Part shown: positions 18,122 through 27,012 of the stretch, piece after piece | Numbering within the stretch: position 1 is the stretch's first letter | Layout: every line of letters begins with the position of its first letter | From: Deltaproteobacteria bacterium | GTDB taxonomy: Bacteria > Myxococcota > Myxococcia > Myxococcales > 40CM-4-68-19 | Direction of reading: 5' to 3' | Assembly (NCBI GenBank): GCA_005879535.1 | Contig: VBKI01000058.1 | Span: 14,000-77,999, forward strand | Length of the DNA stretch: 64,000 nt | Program-made: the position numbers and the translations under genes | The notes under the pieces: model-generated | The model's database searches: none | What the model was told of the DNA's origin: nothing | What the model saw: only the letters and a program-made list of their open reading frames with translations

Positions 18122-19378
18122 ATGTCAGGGGGCTTTGTTACCAATACGCGCATGACAGACACGAAGCCTTCTCTCGAGTCGCTCGAGTCTCTGGACAGCT
18201 CCGATCTCCTCTCCGCGACGCGGGAGCTTGTCCGCAAATCACATGGCGTCGAGGCCGATCTCCTGGCGCACCTCGGAGAAATCGACGACCGGAAGCTGTA
18301 TCTGGACTGCGCTCATCCCTCCATGTTCGCCTTCTGCCTCGACGAGCTCGGTTTCTCCGAATGCGCCGCGTACAATCGGATTACCGTCGCCCGGATCGGA
18401 CGGCGGCTGCCCGCAGTGATCAAAGCGGTCAGATCGGGACGGGTGCATCTCGCCGGGCTGCGGCTGCTCGCGCCGCACCTCACTACCGAGAACCACGAGG
18501 TGCTCCTGGCGCAGGCGGCCGGCAAGTCGAAGCGGGAGATCGAGGAAATGGTGGCGCGCCTGTGGCCGCTGCCGCCGGTCCCGACGTCGATCCACAGGCT
18601 GCCGGAGAATCCAGTGGTCAAATCGCCTCCGATGCCAATGTCTCGCGCGTTCTGGGGCAACGCCGACCCACCGCCGCTTCCGGACGAACCAAGACCCGCG
18701 TCGCACTCACCCGATCAGAACACCGGGCCAACTGCGCCCGCGCGGGACCGGCACCGACCGCTCATTGCGCCGCTCAGTGGCGAAACATTCAGGTTTCAGT
18801 TCACGGGCACTCGCGAGCTTCGCGACCGGCTGCAGGAAGCGCAGGATCTCCTCCGCCATCGCGTGCCTGATGGAGACGTGTCGACCATCCTCGAAAGGGC
18901 GCTCAACCTGCTCGTCGCGGAGGTGAAGAAGGAACGTTTCGCGGTGGGCCGCAAGGCTCGGTCGGAGTCGACCGAAGAAGCGGAGACGACGAAACCGGTG
19001 AAGACGCAAACGGAGGAGACTCCGCAGACGGACGACACAACACAGACGGGCGGCGCAACGCAAACGGCGGAGGCGTCGGTGATCCCAGAGGCTGCCTCGC
19101 GCCATATTCCGGATGCCATCAAGCGCGCCGTCTATGAACGCGACGGAGGTCGTTGCGCGTTCGTGGAAGAGAATGGTCGCAGGTGCTCGGCGACTGCCGC
19201 GCTGACCTTCGATCACGTCGAGGGGTTTGCGCGGATGCCGGTGCACACAATCGCCGGAATCCGCCTGCTCTGCTGGGCACACAACCAGCACGCTGCTGAC
19301 CAGATGTACGGGCGCGAGTTCATGGAACAGGCGCGCAATGGGAAGGAGCCGCCCCCAACTCGCCCCGGGGCGAGTTGA
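18122..19378 (+). CDS. HNH endonuclease domain protein (DUF222-like N-terminus)
   Basis: C-terminal RCAFVEENGRRCSATAALTFDHVEGFARMPVHTIAGIRLLCWAHNQHAA has the HNH pattern (H...N...H). The N-terminal YLDCAHPSMFAFCLDELGFSECAAYNRITVAR resembles DUF222-type HNH proteins. A Thr/Gln/Glu-rich repeat linker separates them. The stop codon lies inside palindrome copy 2. An alternative start is M11 (18152). Confidence 0.8.
   Translation: MSGGFVTNTRMTDTKPSLESLESLDSSDLLSATRELVRKSHGVEADLLAHLGEIDDRKLYLDCAHPSMFAFCLDELGFSECAAYNRITVARIGRRLPAVIKAVRSGRVHLAGLRLLAPHLTTENHEVLLAQAAGKSKREIEEMVARLWPLPPVPTSIHRLPENPVVKSPPMPMSRAFWGNADPPPLPDEPRPASHSPDQNTGPTAPARDRHRPLIAPLSGETFRFQFTGTRELRDRLQEAQDLLRHRVPDGDVSTILERALNLLVAEVKKERFAVGRKARSESTEEAETTKPVKTQTEETPQTDDTTQTGGATQTAEASVIPEAASRHIPDAIKRAVYERDGGRCAFVEENGRRCSATAALTFDHVEGFARMPVHTIAGIRLLCWAHNQHAADQMYGREFMEQARNGKEPPPTRPGAS
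19357..19376. repeat. Perfect 20-bp palindrome AACTCGCCCCGGGGCGAGTT, copy 2
   Basis: Identical to copy 1. Encodes the last residues (..TRPGAS) of the HNH ORF and abuts its stop. Confidence 0.95.
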
Positions 19379-19393
19379 GGCACGTCATCGCCG

Positions 19394-19413
19394 AACTCGC
19401 CCCGGGGCGAGTT
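19394..19413. repeat. Perfect 20-bp palindrome AACTCGCCCCGGGGCGAGTT, copy 3
   Basis: Identical to copies 1 and 2. Lies 17 bp after copy 2. Confidence 0.95.
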
Positions 19414-19431
19414 GAAGAGGCCTGGATCTGA

Positions 19432-19830
19432 TCAGCGCAGATCGTCCAGCGTGGTGAGGATTTCTTCCCATCCCTTGCGGTGGTTTTCCGCCTCGTCATC
19501 CGGAAGGCCGGAGTGGGTCAGCGTGACCTGGGTGCCGCCGTCCTTCGGATCGAGCTCGAGGCGAACGACGGTCTCGATGCCGTGGGTTGCCTCGGACATC
19601 CAGGTCTGCTCGAACAGCCGCGGGCGCTCCAGGCGGGTGAATCGGCCGTAGTGAGGCCACCGCTTGCCTTCCCATTCGACTTCGGAGTGCCAGAGGCCGT
19701 CCACCTGTGGATTCATGATCAGGCGTGTAGGCTTGAACCAGCGCTTGACGTCGGCGGGGTCGGTCCAGGCCCGGTAGACGCGGTCGGGAGGGGCCTTCAG
19801 CTGGCGGGTGGTGGTGACGGTCTTTGGCAT
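19432..19830 (-). CDS. SRPBCC/AHSA1-family (activator of Hsp90 ATPase homolog 1-like) protein
   Basis: 132 aa with the RVYRAWTDPADVKRWF motif typical of AHSA1-like SRPBCC proteins. Sits immediately downstream of an ArsR gene, which is a common pairing. Confidence 0.75.
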   Translation of the reverse strand: MPKTVTTTRQLKAPPDRVYRAWTDPADVKRWFKPTRLIMNPQVDGLWHSEVEWEGKRWPHYGRFTRLERPRLFEQTWMSEATHGIETVVRLELDPKDGGTQVTLTHSGLPDDEAENHRKGWEEILTTLDDLR

Positions 19831-19831
19831 C

Positions 19832-20161
19832 TCAGTCGTCCTCCTCTTTCAGGAATGCCTCGAGGGCATCCAGCTTCTCGTTCCAGAACCGTTCGTACCG
19901 GGAGGTCCAGCGCGCGATCTCGCGCAGAGGTGCCGCCCGCAGCTCCAGATGGTGCTCGCGGCCGTCGCGGCGGCGCCGCAAGAGGCCGGCTCGCTCCAGG
20001 ACCTTCAGATGCTTCGACACTGCGTTCAGCGACATGGGGAACCGTCCCGCCATGTCGGTCACCCGGGAAGGCCCCCGGGCGAGCCTGGCCACGATGGCCC
20101 GCCGGGTGGGATCGGAGAGAGCGGCGAACACATGGTCCAGGCCAGGCATGCCGGGCGACAT
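19832..20161 (-). CDS. ArsR/SmtB-family transcriptional regulator
   Basis: FAALSDPTRRAIVARLARGPSRVTDMAGRFPMSLNAVSKHLKVLERAGLL is the winged-helix ArsR signature. Confidence 0.88.
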   Translation of the reverse strand: MSPGMPGLDHVFAALSDPTRRAIVARLARGPSRVTDMAGRFPMSLNAVSKHLKVLERAGLLRRRRDGREHHLELRAAPLREIARWTSRYERFWNEKLDALEAFLKEEDD

Positions 20162-20162
20162 T

Positions 20163-20182
20163 ATTCAACCGGTAGGTTGAAT
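20163..20182. promoter_or_regulatory. Imperfect palindrome ATTCAACC-ggta-GGTTGAAT, candidate ArsR operator
   Basis: 8-bp inverted arms directly upstream of the arsR-like start. AT-rich relative to its surroundings. Confidence 0.45.
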
Positions 20183-20267
20183 GTCAAGCGACAGCGTCAT
20201 CGGGGATCGTCCAGAGTCGACGACGGAGCGTCAGGAGTGGGCGACGGCTGGTCGGGAGTCGGGCCGG

Positions 20268-20534
20268 TCAGCCATACTGCGGAAGCTCGGGCTCGGACTC
20301 GCTGGAGAGTGCGGCCTTCCACAGCTCGGCGAGCCTCTCTTGCGGGACGCCCAGCAGATCCCCCTCGCCGCGGAACCAGGATTTGCCGCCGGACTCCGCG
20401 AGCACGATGGCGCCGGCCGGCGACCGCAACGAGACCCGCCAGGCGGCGAGGGTCGCGGGGCTTTCGCGGGTGCGGATGTGCACCCGCTCGCGGGACTCGA
20501 CCTGGACGGCGTCCTTTGGCTCGACCTCACGCAT
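20268..20534 (-). CDS. Hypothetical small protein (88 aa)
   Basis: From MREVEPKDAVQVESRERVHIRT... to ...EPELPQYG. About 90% G/C at third codon positions supports coding. No recognisable motif and no clear RBS. Divergent from the OsmC-like gene. Confidence 0.45.
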   Translation of the reverse strand: MREVEPKDAVQVESRERVHIRTRESPATLAAWRVSLRSPAGAIVLAESGGKSWFRGEGDLLGVPQERLAELWKAALSSESEPELPQYG

Positions 20535-20568
20535 CGGAGGGAGTATGGCACAGTCCGCGGGAGGTCGC

Positions 20569-21033
20569 ATGGGTGAAGTCGCGTACCGATCGAAGGTGCG
20601 GGTCGAGCGGATCAAGGGATCATTGCGGCAGGCGTGGCTGCCGGAGGAGTCCGCGCCGGTGAAGTTCAGCACGCATGGCGCGGTGGCGGCCCACTACGGC
20701 GCGAAGCCGGGTACCTACGAGCCGCATGCCACCACCCTGGACTATCTGGTTGCCGCGGCGGCGGGTTGACTCACGGGGACCTACGGAGGCGCGCTGGAAG
20801 CGCGCCAGATCCCCGCGTCCGCCGGGAAGCTGATCGCGGAAGCCGAAGGAGAGGTGGAGCTGGAGGGCAGCACGCTGGTCATCCGGCGCATCCACGTGAA
20901 GTTCTCGCTGGAGTGCCCGCCGGATCAGCGCGACACCGCCCAGCGGGTGCACGGTTTCTACGCCCAGAGCTGTCCGATCTACCGCTCCATCCACCCGCAG
21001 ATCGCGGTCACGACGGAAGTGGCGTTCCGCTGA
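20569..21033 (+). CDS. OsmC/Ohr-family peroxiredoxin-like protein with in-frame TGA (20767-20769) at the first conserved Cys position; candidate selenoprotein (or nonsense-mutated pseudogene)
   Basis: ATG at 20569 with GGAGG 5 nt upstream. ...TLDYLVAAAAG-TGA-LTGTYGGALEARQ...HGFYAQSCPIYRSIHPQIAVTTEVAFR-TGA all lies in one frame (66 + 1 + 87 codons). This matches the OsmC layout (AxAGC...CP), and G/C third positions persist after the TGA. Confidence 0.6.
20774..20815 (+). promoter_or_regulatory. SECIS-like stem-loop downstream of the OsmC-like TGA
   Basis: Lower stem CGGGGA/TCCCCG (20774-79 with 20810-15). Upper stem GGCGCGC/GCGCGCC (20788-94 with 20800-06). Apical loop UGGAA. The upper stem starts 18 nt after the UGA. 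Confidence 0.5.
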
Positions 21034-22285
21034 TCGAGGCGTCCAGAATCTCCACCGGGTGAGCCGCCGGCAGGTGCTTGCCGCGCTGCCGGAGGATCTT
21101 CTGGATCTGCAGCGTACAGCCCGGATTCGCGCTGGCCAGCAGGTCGGCCTTCGTCGAAACCACGTTGTCCACCTTGCGCTCGCCGATCTGGTCGGCGCTC
21201 TCCGGCTGGACGAGGTTGTACACGCCGGCGCTCCCGCAGCACTGCTCGCTGTCCGGCACCTCCACCAGCGTGACCCCGGGGATGGCGCCGAGCAGCGCCC
21301 GGGGCTGCGCCTTGATCCGCTGCGCGTGCGCGAGGTGGCAGGCGTCGTGCATCGCGATGCGCAACGGCAGCGGCCGGCGCGGCGCCCGCGGCGACAGTGC
21401 CGCCAGGAACTCGTTGACGTCGCGCACCTTCGCCGCAAATTCCTTCGCCCGCTCATCGCGCGGAAACAGCCGTGCGTAATCCTTCAGATGCGATCCGCAG
21501 CCGGCCGCATTGATCAGGATCACGTCGGCGGGCTCGCGCGAGAACCGGTCGATGAGGTCGCGCGCGAAGCGCAGCGATTCCTCCTCCCGCCCCGCATGCA
21601 TGGAAAGCGCCCCGCAGCACCCCTGCCCACGAGGCACGACCACCTCGCATCCCTCGGCCGAGAGCACCCGGAGAGTCGCATCGTTCACCCCCGGATTGAA
21701 GATCCGCTGCACGCATCCCGCGACCATGGCGACCGTGAACCGCTTCTCCCCGACCGCCGGCACCCGCTCCGGCAAGCGCACGAACACGTTGCGCAGCGTC
21801 ACCGCCGGCTGCAGCGCCTCGAGCTGCCGCATCCGTGGCGGAAACAGCTTCAGCAACCCGCTGTGGCGCACCAGCCAGCGGATCCCCGTCCAGACGTAGA
21901 GCAGCAGGAACGCCGCCATCGCCCGCAGCCGGCCAGGATAGGGAAAGATCTGGAAGATCATCGACCGGTGCAGCCGGTCCCAGAATCCCCGCCGATACTT
22001 CCGCTCGACGTACGCCCGCGTCTCCTCGATCAGCACGTCGTACCGCACGCCCGATGGGCAGGCGGTCACGCACGCCATGCACCCGAGGCAGCGGTCGAAG
22101 TGCGCCGCCACCGTCGGCGTCATCTGCATCTGGCCCGTGCGCAGCCCCCGCATCAAGTCGATGCGGCCGCGCGGCGAATCCATCTCCTCGCCCCAGTTCT
22201 GGTACGTCGGGCAGTGGGGCAAGCAGAACCCGCAATGGACGCAGTCGTCGATCAGCTCCCGCTGCGGCGCGGTCACGGCGGTCAT
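21008..22285 (-). CDS. glcF: Glycolate oxidase iron-sulfur subunit
   Basis: 425 aa from MTAVTAPQRE. Two 4Fe-4S motifs (CVHCGFCLPHCP, CLGCMACVTACP) plus two CCG-type Cys-rich domains. ATGA overlap with glcE. Confidence 0.88.
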   Translation of the reverse strand: MTAVTAPQRELIDDCVHCGFCLPHCPTYQNWGEEMDSPRGRIDLMRGLRTGQMQMTPTVAAHFDRCLGCMACVTACPSGVRYDVLIEETRAYVERKYRRGFWDRLHRSMIFQIFPYPGRLRAMAAFLLLYVWTGIRWLVRHSGLLKLFPPRMRQLEALQPAVTLRNVFVRLPERVPAVGEKRFTVAMVAGCVQRIFNPGVNDATLRVLSAEGCEVVVPRGQGCCGALSMHAGREEESLRFARDLIDRFSREPADVILINAAGCGSHLKDYARLFPRDERAKEFAAKVRDVNEFLAALSPRAPRRPLPLRIAMHDACHLAHAQRIKAQPRALLGAIPGVTLVEVPDSEQCCGSAGVYNLVQPESADQIGERKVDNVVSTKADLLASANPGCTLQIQKILRQRGKHLPAAHPVEILDASISGTPLPS

Positions 22286-23307
22286 ACGACGAACCTTTCC
22301 GGCGCCAGCACGCCACGAGGATCGAACTGCTTCTTCACCGACCGCTGCAGCGCGATCGACGCGGGTGCCGGTCCCCAGTCCCCGGGCACGGTGAGCCACC
22401 CCCCAATTGCCGTCAGCTCGCGTCGCGCCGCCTCCAGCGCGCCCCGATCGACGGCCGCGCAGGTGGCAAACCCCAGCCCCGCCATCGGCAGCCACTCGAT
22501 CCGGGCCCGCAGCGGCCCGAGCGCTCGCGCCACCTGCGCCGCATGCGTTGGCAGCGCCCCGAAGCGGATCCGGACGGCGCCTTCCGCCGTTCCCGGCCAG
22601 TCGACCTCCTCGAGCTCGGGCAGCTTCCCCCGCTGCGCGCGCACCCCGGCCGCGAATCCCTCGAACCGGAGGTAGACGTCCCAGCCGGTGCCTTCGCCCA
22701 GAGCGATCATCGCCGTCGGCTCGAGCTGCAGCGCCCGCACCCGGCGGACGACCTCCACCGGATTGCCGCCGCGCGCCCGCAGCGTCACCGTGCTCTCCGG
22801 CACCGGGTGGACGCGGAAAGTCGCGGTGGCGATGAACGCCAGCGTCCCGTACGACCCGCACATGAGCTTCGGCAGGTCGAAGCCCGCCACCGTCTTCACC
22901 ACCTTGCCGCCGCCCTTCGCGCGCGTCCCGTCCGCCCGCACCACCGAGACGCCGATGATCAGATCCCGCACCGATCCGTACCGCGTCCGCAGCGGACCGA
23001 AGGAATTGGCGGCGACGATCCCCCCGAGCGTGGCCTTCTCCGGCTGCGGCGGATCGAGCGCAAGCCGCTGGCCGTTCTTCGCCAGCTCGCCCTGCAACTG
23101 CGCCAGCGTGACGCCGCACTCGACGGTGACCACCTGGTCCGCGGGCGTGTACTCCACCACCCGGTCGAGCCGCGCCGTCGAGATCTCCGTCTCCACAGGC
23201 GGTCCCGGCGGCATTGCCGTCCCCCCGCCGACGAACAACACGCTGCCGGCGCCCTGCGCGAGCAGCGCCTCGACCTCGTCGATCGACCCTGGCGTCACGC
23301 GCGCCAC
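22282..23307 (-). CDS. glcE: Glycolate oxidase FAD-binding subunit
   Basis: 341 aa FAD-binding PCMH-type domain (VVEYTPADQVVTVECGVTLAQLQGELAKNGQRLALDPP). Positioned between glcD and glcF. Confidence 0.8.
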   Translation of the reverse strand: MARVTPGSIDEVEALLAQGAGSVLFVGGGTAMPPGPPVETEISTARLDRVVEYTPADQVVTVECGVTLAQLQGELAKNGQRLALDPPQPEKATLGGIVAANSFGPLRTRYGSVRDLIIGVSVVRADGTRAKGGGKVVKTVAGFDLPKLMCGSYGTLAFIATATFRVHPVPESTVTLRARGGNPVEVVRRVRALQLEPTAMIALGEGTGWDVYLRFEGFAAGVRAQRGKLPELEEVDWPGTAEGAVRIRFGALPTHAAQVARALGPLRARIEWLPMAGLGFATCAAVDRGALEAARRELTAIGGWLTVPGDWGPAPASIALQRSVKKQFDPRGVLAPERFVV

Positions 23308-24800
23308 GCTTCTCCCGACAGCTCGCTAGGGTGCGGCCGGTACAGCCCCGGCCTGTCGCCGCACAGCCGCGGCGAGGGGAACATCTTGCCGGGATTGAAG
23401 CGCTGAGCGGGATCGAAGGCGCAGCGGACGAGCTGCATGGTCTCCAGGTCCTGCGCCGTGAACATCTCCGCCATGTACGGCGCCTTGTCCGCGCCGACGC
23501 CGTGCTCCCCGGTGATCGATCCGCCGTGGCGCAGGCAGGTGCGGAGGATCTCGCCCGACATCTCCTCCGCCTTCCTCTCCTCCTCCGGATCCCGTCCGTC
23601 GAAGAGCACCAGGGGGTGCAGGTTACCGTCGCCGGCGTGAAATACGTTCGCCACCTGCAGCCCGTACCGCTGGCCCAGAGCGGCGATTTCCTGGAGCACC
23701 ACGGCGATCTCGCTGCGCGGAATCACCCCGTCCTGGACCAGGTAGTTTCGCGCGATCCTGCCCACCGCCGCGAACGCGCTCTTGCGGCCCTTCCACATCA
23801 GCTCGCGCTCCGCAGTATCCTTGGGAACCCGGATCTCCAGCGCTCCGGCCTTCCGTGCCAGCTCGATGGCGTTCGCGGAGGTGTGCTCGCATTCGTCGGC
23901 CACCCCGTCCACGTCCATCAGGAGCGCCGCGGCCACCTCGGGCCAGTCCACTCCGGTGGCCGCCTTGGCGGCGACGATGGCCAGCGTATCCATCATCTCG
24001 ATGGCCGCAGGCACGATGCCGGAGGCGATGATCGCGCTCACCGCGTTCCCCGCCTCGGTGGTGGAGGGGAAGGTGGCAAAGAACGTCCGCGTCGCCTCCG
24101 GCTTGCGCAGGATCCGCAGCACGACCTCGGTGACGATGCCGAGCAGGCCTTCGCTGCCCACCACCACGCCGGTGAGGTCGTATTCCGGCCGGTCGAGCAC
24201 CGCTCCGCCGAGGTCGACGACGCTTCCGTCCTGCAGCACCATCCGCAGCCCGAGGACGTGGTTGACGGTGAACCCGTACTTCAGGCAGTGCGCGCCGCCA
24301 GAATTCTCCGCCACGTTCCCGCCGATGCTGCAGACGCTCTGCGACGAGGGATCGGGCGCGTAGTACCAGCCCTGCGGTCCGATGTGCCTGGAGACGTCGA
24401 GGTTGATCACGCCGGGCTGCACCCGCATGAACGCGTTGTCGTAGTCGACCTCGAGGATCTTCCGCATCCGCGAGAGGCCCATCAGCACGCACCCCGGAAC
24501 CGGCAGCGCTCCTCCCGAGAGCCCCGTCCCCGAACCGCGCGCGACGATGGGCAGACCGGCCTCGTGCGCGATCTTCACGCACCCGACCACCTCTTCCGTG
24601 CTCTCCGGCAGCACCACGATCCCGGGCGTGACGCGGAAGCTCGCGAGCCCGTCGGACTCGTAGGTGTGAAGCTGCTCGGGCTTGCAGATCGCGTAGCCTT
24701 CACCCACCACCGCCGCAAAGCGGCGGACGAGATCGGCCGGCAGCGGCGGCGCTTGCTGCTTGTGTTCCGCCTGGGTCGCGCCGGGAGTCTCCTGTTTCAT
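23295..24800 (-). CDS. glcD: Glycolate oxidase subunit GlcD (FAD-linked oxidase)
   Basis: 501 aa from [44 protein letters not shown] and the C-terminal [11 protein letters not shown] are typical of GlcD/D-lactate dehydrogenase-type FAD oxidases. Confidence 0.88.
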   Translation of the reverse strand: MKQETPGATQAEHKQQAPPLPADLVRRFAAVVGEGYAICKPEQLHTYESDGLASFRVTPGIVVLPESTEEVVGCVKIAHEAGLPIVARGSGTGLSGGALPVPGCVLMGLSRMRKILEVDYDNAFMRVQPGVINLDVSRHIGPQGWYYAPDPSSQSVCSIGGNVAENSGGAHCLKYGFTVNHVLGLRMVLQDGSVVDLGGAVLDRPEYDLTGVVVGSEGLLGIVTEVVLRILRKPEATRTFFATFPSTTEAGNAVSAIIASGIVPAAIEMMDTLAIVAAKAATGVDWPEVAAALLMDVDGVADECEHTSANAIELARKAGALEIRVPKDTAERELMWKGRKSAFAAVGRIARNYLVQDGVIPRSEIAVVLQEIAALGQRYGLQVANVFHAGDGNLHPLVLFDGRDPEEERKAEEMSGEILRTCLRHGGSITGEHGVGADKAPYMAEMFTAQDLETMQLVRCAFDPAQRFNPGKMFPSPRLCGDRPGLYRPHPSELSGEAWRA

Positions 24801-26338
24801 TCGAGCAGCTCGTAGGCCGGCAGGGTGAGGAACTCGACGAACTCGCCCAGCACCAGCTGGTCGAGGATCTTCCGCGCCGGCTGCACCTGCGAGACGCCCT
24901 GCAGCTTCCCGATCTCCTCGTCGCGGAACTTCTCGTACAAGGACCGATCGATCTTTCGCCCGTCGGCGAGCTTGGCCCCGTTCTGCACCCACTGCCAGAG
25001 CTGGGCGCGAGAGATCTCCGCCGTGGCGGCATCCTCCATCAGGTTGAAGATGGCCGCCGCGCCGTTGCCGGAGAGCCAGGACGCGAGGTACTGCACCCCC
25101 ACGGAGATGTTGTTGCGGACGCCGTTCTCGGTGATGGTCCCGCCGGGAACGCGCGTGTCCTGCAGCTCGCGCGCCTCGACGTGCACTTCCTCGCGCAGGC
25201 GCTCCTTCTGGTTGGGCTTGCCCAACTTGCGGTCGAACACTTCCTTCGCAACGGGCACCAGGTCCGGATGGGCCACCCACGTTCCGTCGAAGCCGTCGGC
25301 GATCTCGCGCTCCTTGTCCGCGCGCGTCTGGGCCAGCGCCTTCTCGTTGATCTCGGGATTCTTCCGGCTGGGGATGAACGGCGCCATCCCGCCCATCGCG
25401 TGCGCGCCGCGGCGGTGGCAGGTCTTCACCAGCAGCTCCGTATATGCGCGCATGAACGGTACCGTCATCGTCACCTGCTGCCGATCGGGGAGGATCAGAT
25501 CCGTGCGCGTCCGCAGCTTCTTGATCAGCGAGAAGATGTAGTCCCACCGTCCGGCGTTGAGCCCCGACGAATGGTCGCGCAGCTCGTAGAGGACCTCGTC
25601 CATCTCGAACGCAGCGGGCAGCGTCTCGACCAGGACGGTCGCCCGCACGCTGCCGCGCGGAATGCCCAGCTTCTCCTGCGCCAGCACGAACACGTCGTTC
25701 CAGAGTCGCGCCTCCAGGTGCGATTCCATCTTCGGCAGGTAGAAGTACGGCCCGGTCCCGCGGTCGAGCGTTTCCCGCGCATTGTGAAAGAAGAAGAAGC
25801 CGAAGTCGGCGAAGGCGCCGGCGATGGCCTTGCCGTCCACCCGCAGATGCTTTTCCGGGAGGTGCCAGCCACGCGGCCGCACGAGCAAGGTCGCGATCTT
25901 CTCGTTGAGCTTGTAGGCCTTGCCTTCGGGCGAGGTGAAGGCGAGCTTCCGGCGGACGGCGTCCATCAGATTCAGGTGACCCTGGACGATGTTGCTCCAG
26001 GTGGGCGAGAGCGCGTCCTCGAAGTCGGCCATGAACACGTCCGCTCCGGAGTTGAACGCATTGATCATCATCTTGCGCTCGACCGGACCGGTGATCTCGA
26101 CGTGGCGCTTCTGCAGATCCTTGGGCGTTGAAGCGACCTTCCAGTCGCCGCTGCGCACCTTGGCCGTCTCCGGGAGGAACTCGAACGATGCGCCGGAGGA
26201 GAGCTTGCGGTACCGCTCGGCGCGTTTCTGCAACAGCTCCTGCCGGCGGGACTCGAACGCGCGGTGTAACTCCTCGACGAAGGCGAGCGCGGGCTTGGAG
26301 AAGACGACGTCCGACCCTTGCGCGGTCACCTCGATCAT
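24797..26338 (-). CDS. aceB: Malate synthase A
   Basis: 513 aa from MIEVTAQG (GGAGG RBS). Motifs [42 protein letters not shown] and [13 protein letters not shown] are characteristic of malate synthase A. Confidence 0.92.
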   Translation of the reverse strand: MIEVTAQGSDVVFSKPALAFVEELHRAFESRRQELLQKRAERYRKLSSGASFEFLPETAKVRSGDWKVASTPKDLQKRHVEITGPVERKMMINAFNSGADVFMADFEDALSPTWSNIVQGHLNLMDAVRRKLAFTSPEGKAYKLNEKIATLLVRPRGWHLPEKHLRVDGKAIAGAFADFGFFFFHNARETLDRGTGPYFYLPKMESHLEARLWNDVFVLAQEKLGIPRGSVRATVLVETLPAAFEMDEVLYELRDHSSGLNAGRWDYIFSLIKKLRTRTDLILPDRQQVTMTVPFMRAYTELLVKTCHRRGAHAMGGMAPFIPSRKNPEINEKALAQTRADKEREIADGFDGTWVAHPDLVPVAKEVFDRKLGKPNQKERLREEVHVEARELQDTRVPGGTITENGVRNNISVGVQYLASWLSGNGAAAIFNLMEDAATAEISRAQLWQWVQNGAKLADGRKIDRSLYEKFRDEEIGKLQGVSQVQPARKILDQLVLGEFVEFLTLPAYELLE

Positions 26339-26424
26339 GTCTGACCTCCGGAACGGGGTGCAAGCCAACCATGGCGCGGTGAGAAGGTAAAGGGAGCGAG
26401 CCTCCGGCCGGATGATTGCCGGCA

Positions 26425-27012
26425 CTACGTCGTGACGAGGACCGTGCAGGACCGAGCACCGTGCGCGCCGATCACAAGCGCCTGCTCGATGTCGGCGGTC
26501 TTCGAAGGACCGGAGAGCCACATCGAGAAGCCCGGCGACGGGATCGTGATCTGCTGGTACGCCTCGTGAAGGTTGTGCACGAGCGTGTCAGCGCGGACGA
26601 CCACGGCCAGGTGCTGCGTGAGGAAGGCCGCCGCGCGGTTGGCTCCGCCGTGATCGACGATCCAGCAGGCGCCGTTTTCGGCGACGCCCAGTGCCGCCGG
26701 GATCACGCAGAAGTCGACGTCGTGCAGGTCATGTGGATCCGACACGGACGCGAGATCGACGTTCGCCTTCGCCACGCCCGGGATCAACGAGACGACCTTG
26801 CGCGCAGAAGCATACTCGGGCACTTCCATCAAAGCGGCCTCGAGCGGGCCGCCGACGAACACGCAGCGTCCGCCCACTTCCACGACGCTCTTCGCGAACC
26901 GTTCGCGCAGGTCGGGATAGCGGATGGCAGCGATCCGGCCGACATCCGGCAGCGGAGTCTCCGCGGGCGCTGCGGCGCGCACCGCCTGCAGTATCTCATC
27001 TCGCGCGGACAC
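26425..27012 (-). CDS. lutC: Lactate utilization protein C (LUD domain)
   Basis: About 195 aa from GTG ([14 protein letters not shown]...). LUD/DUF162-type sequence. Overlaps the lutB end. Start codon choice is uncertain. Confidence 0.7.
   Translation of the reverse strand: MSARDEILQAVRAAAPAETPLPDVGRIAAIRYPDLRERFAKSVVEVGGRCVFVGGPLEAALMEVPEYASARKVVSLIPGVAKANVDLASVSDPHDLHDVDFCVIPAALGVAENGACWIVDHGGANRAAAFLTQHLAVVVRADTLVHNLHEAYQQITIPSPGFSMWLSGPSKTADIEQALVIGAHGARSCTVLVTT

Noticed and set aside
18122-19378. HNH ORF as a transposase/IS element
   Set aside because: No DDE, serine or tyrosine recombinase motifs and no terminal inverted repeats other than the palindromic REP-like copies. It is kept as an HNH cassette, not called an IS.
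20383-20568. Longer N-terminal extension of the OsmC-like ORF (track start at 20383)
   Set aside because: The extension overlaps the divergent 88-codon gene, is Ser/Arg/Thr-rich, and lacks an RBS. ATG 20569 has a GGAGG 5 nt upstream and gives a family-typical length.
20181-20576. 131-codon plus-strand ORF between arsR and the OsmC-like gene
   Set aside because: Mixed third-position composition and low-complexity translation. The minus-strand 88-codon frame in the same region has far stronger codon bias.
23295-26459. 1054-codon minus-strand ORF
   Set aside because: This is the glcD frame read through the malate synthase gene. The part upstream of MKQETPG (24800) is a shadow of aceB, which is unambiguous in its own frame.
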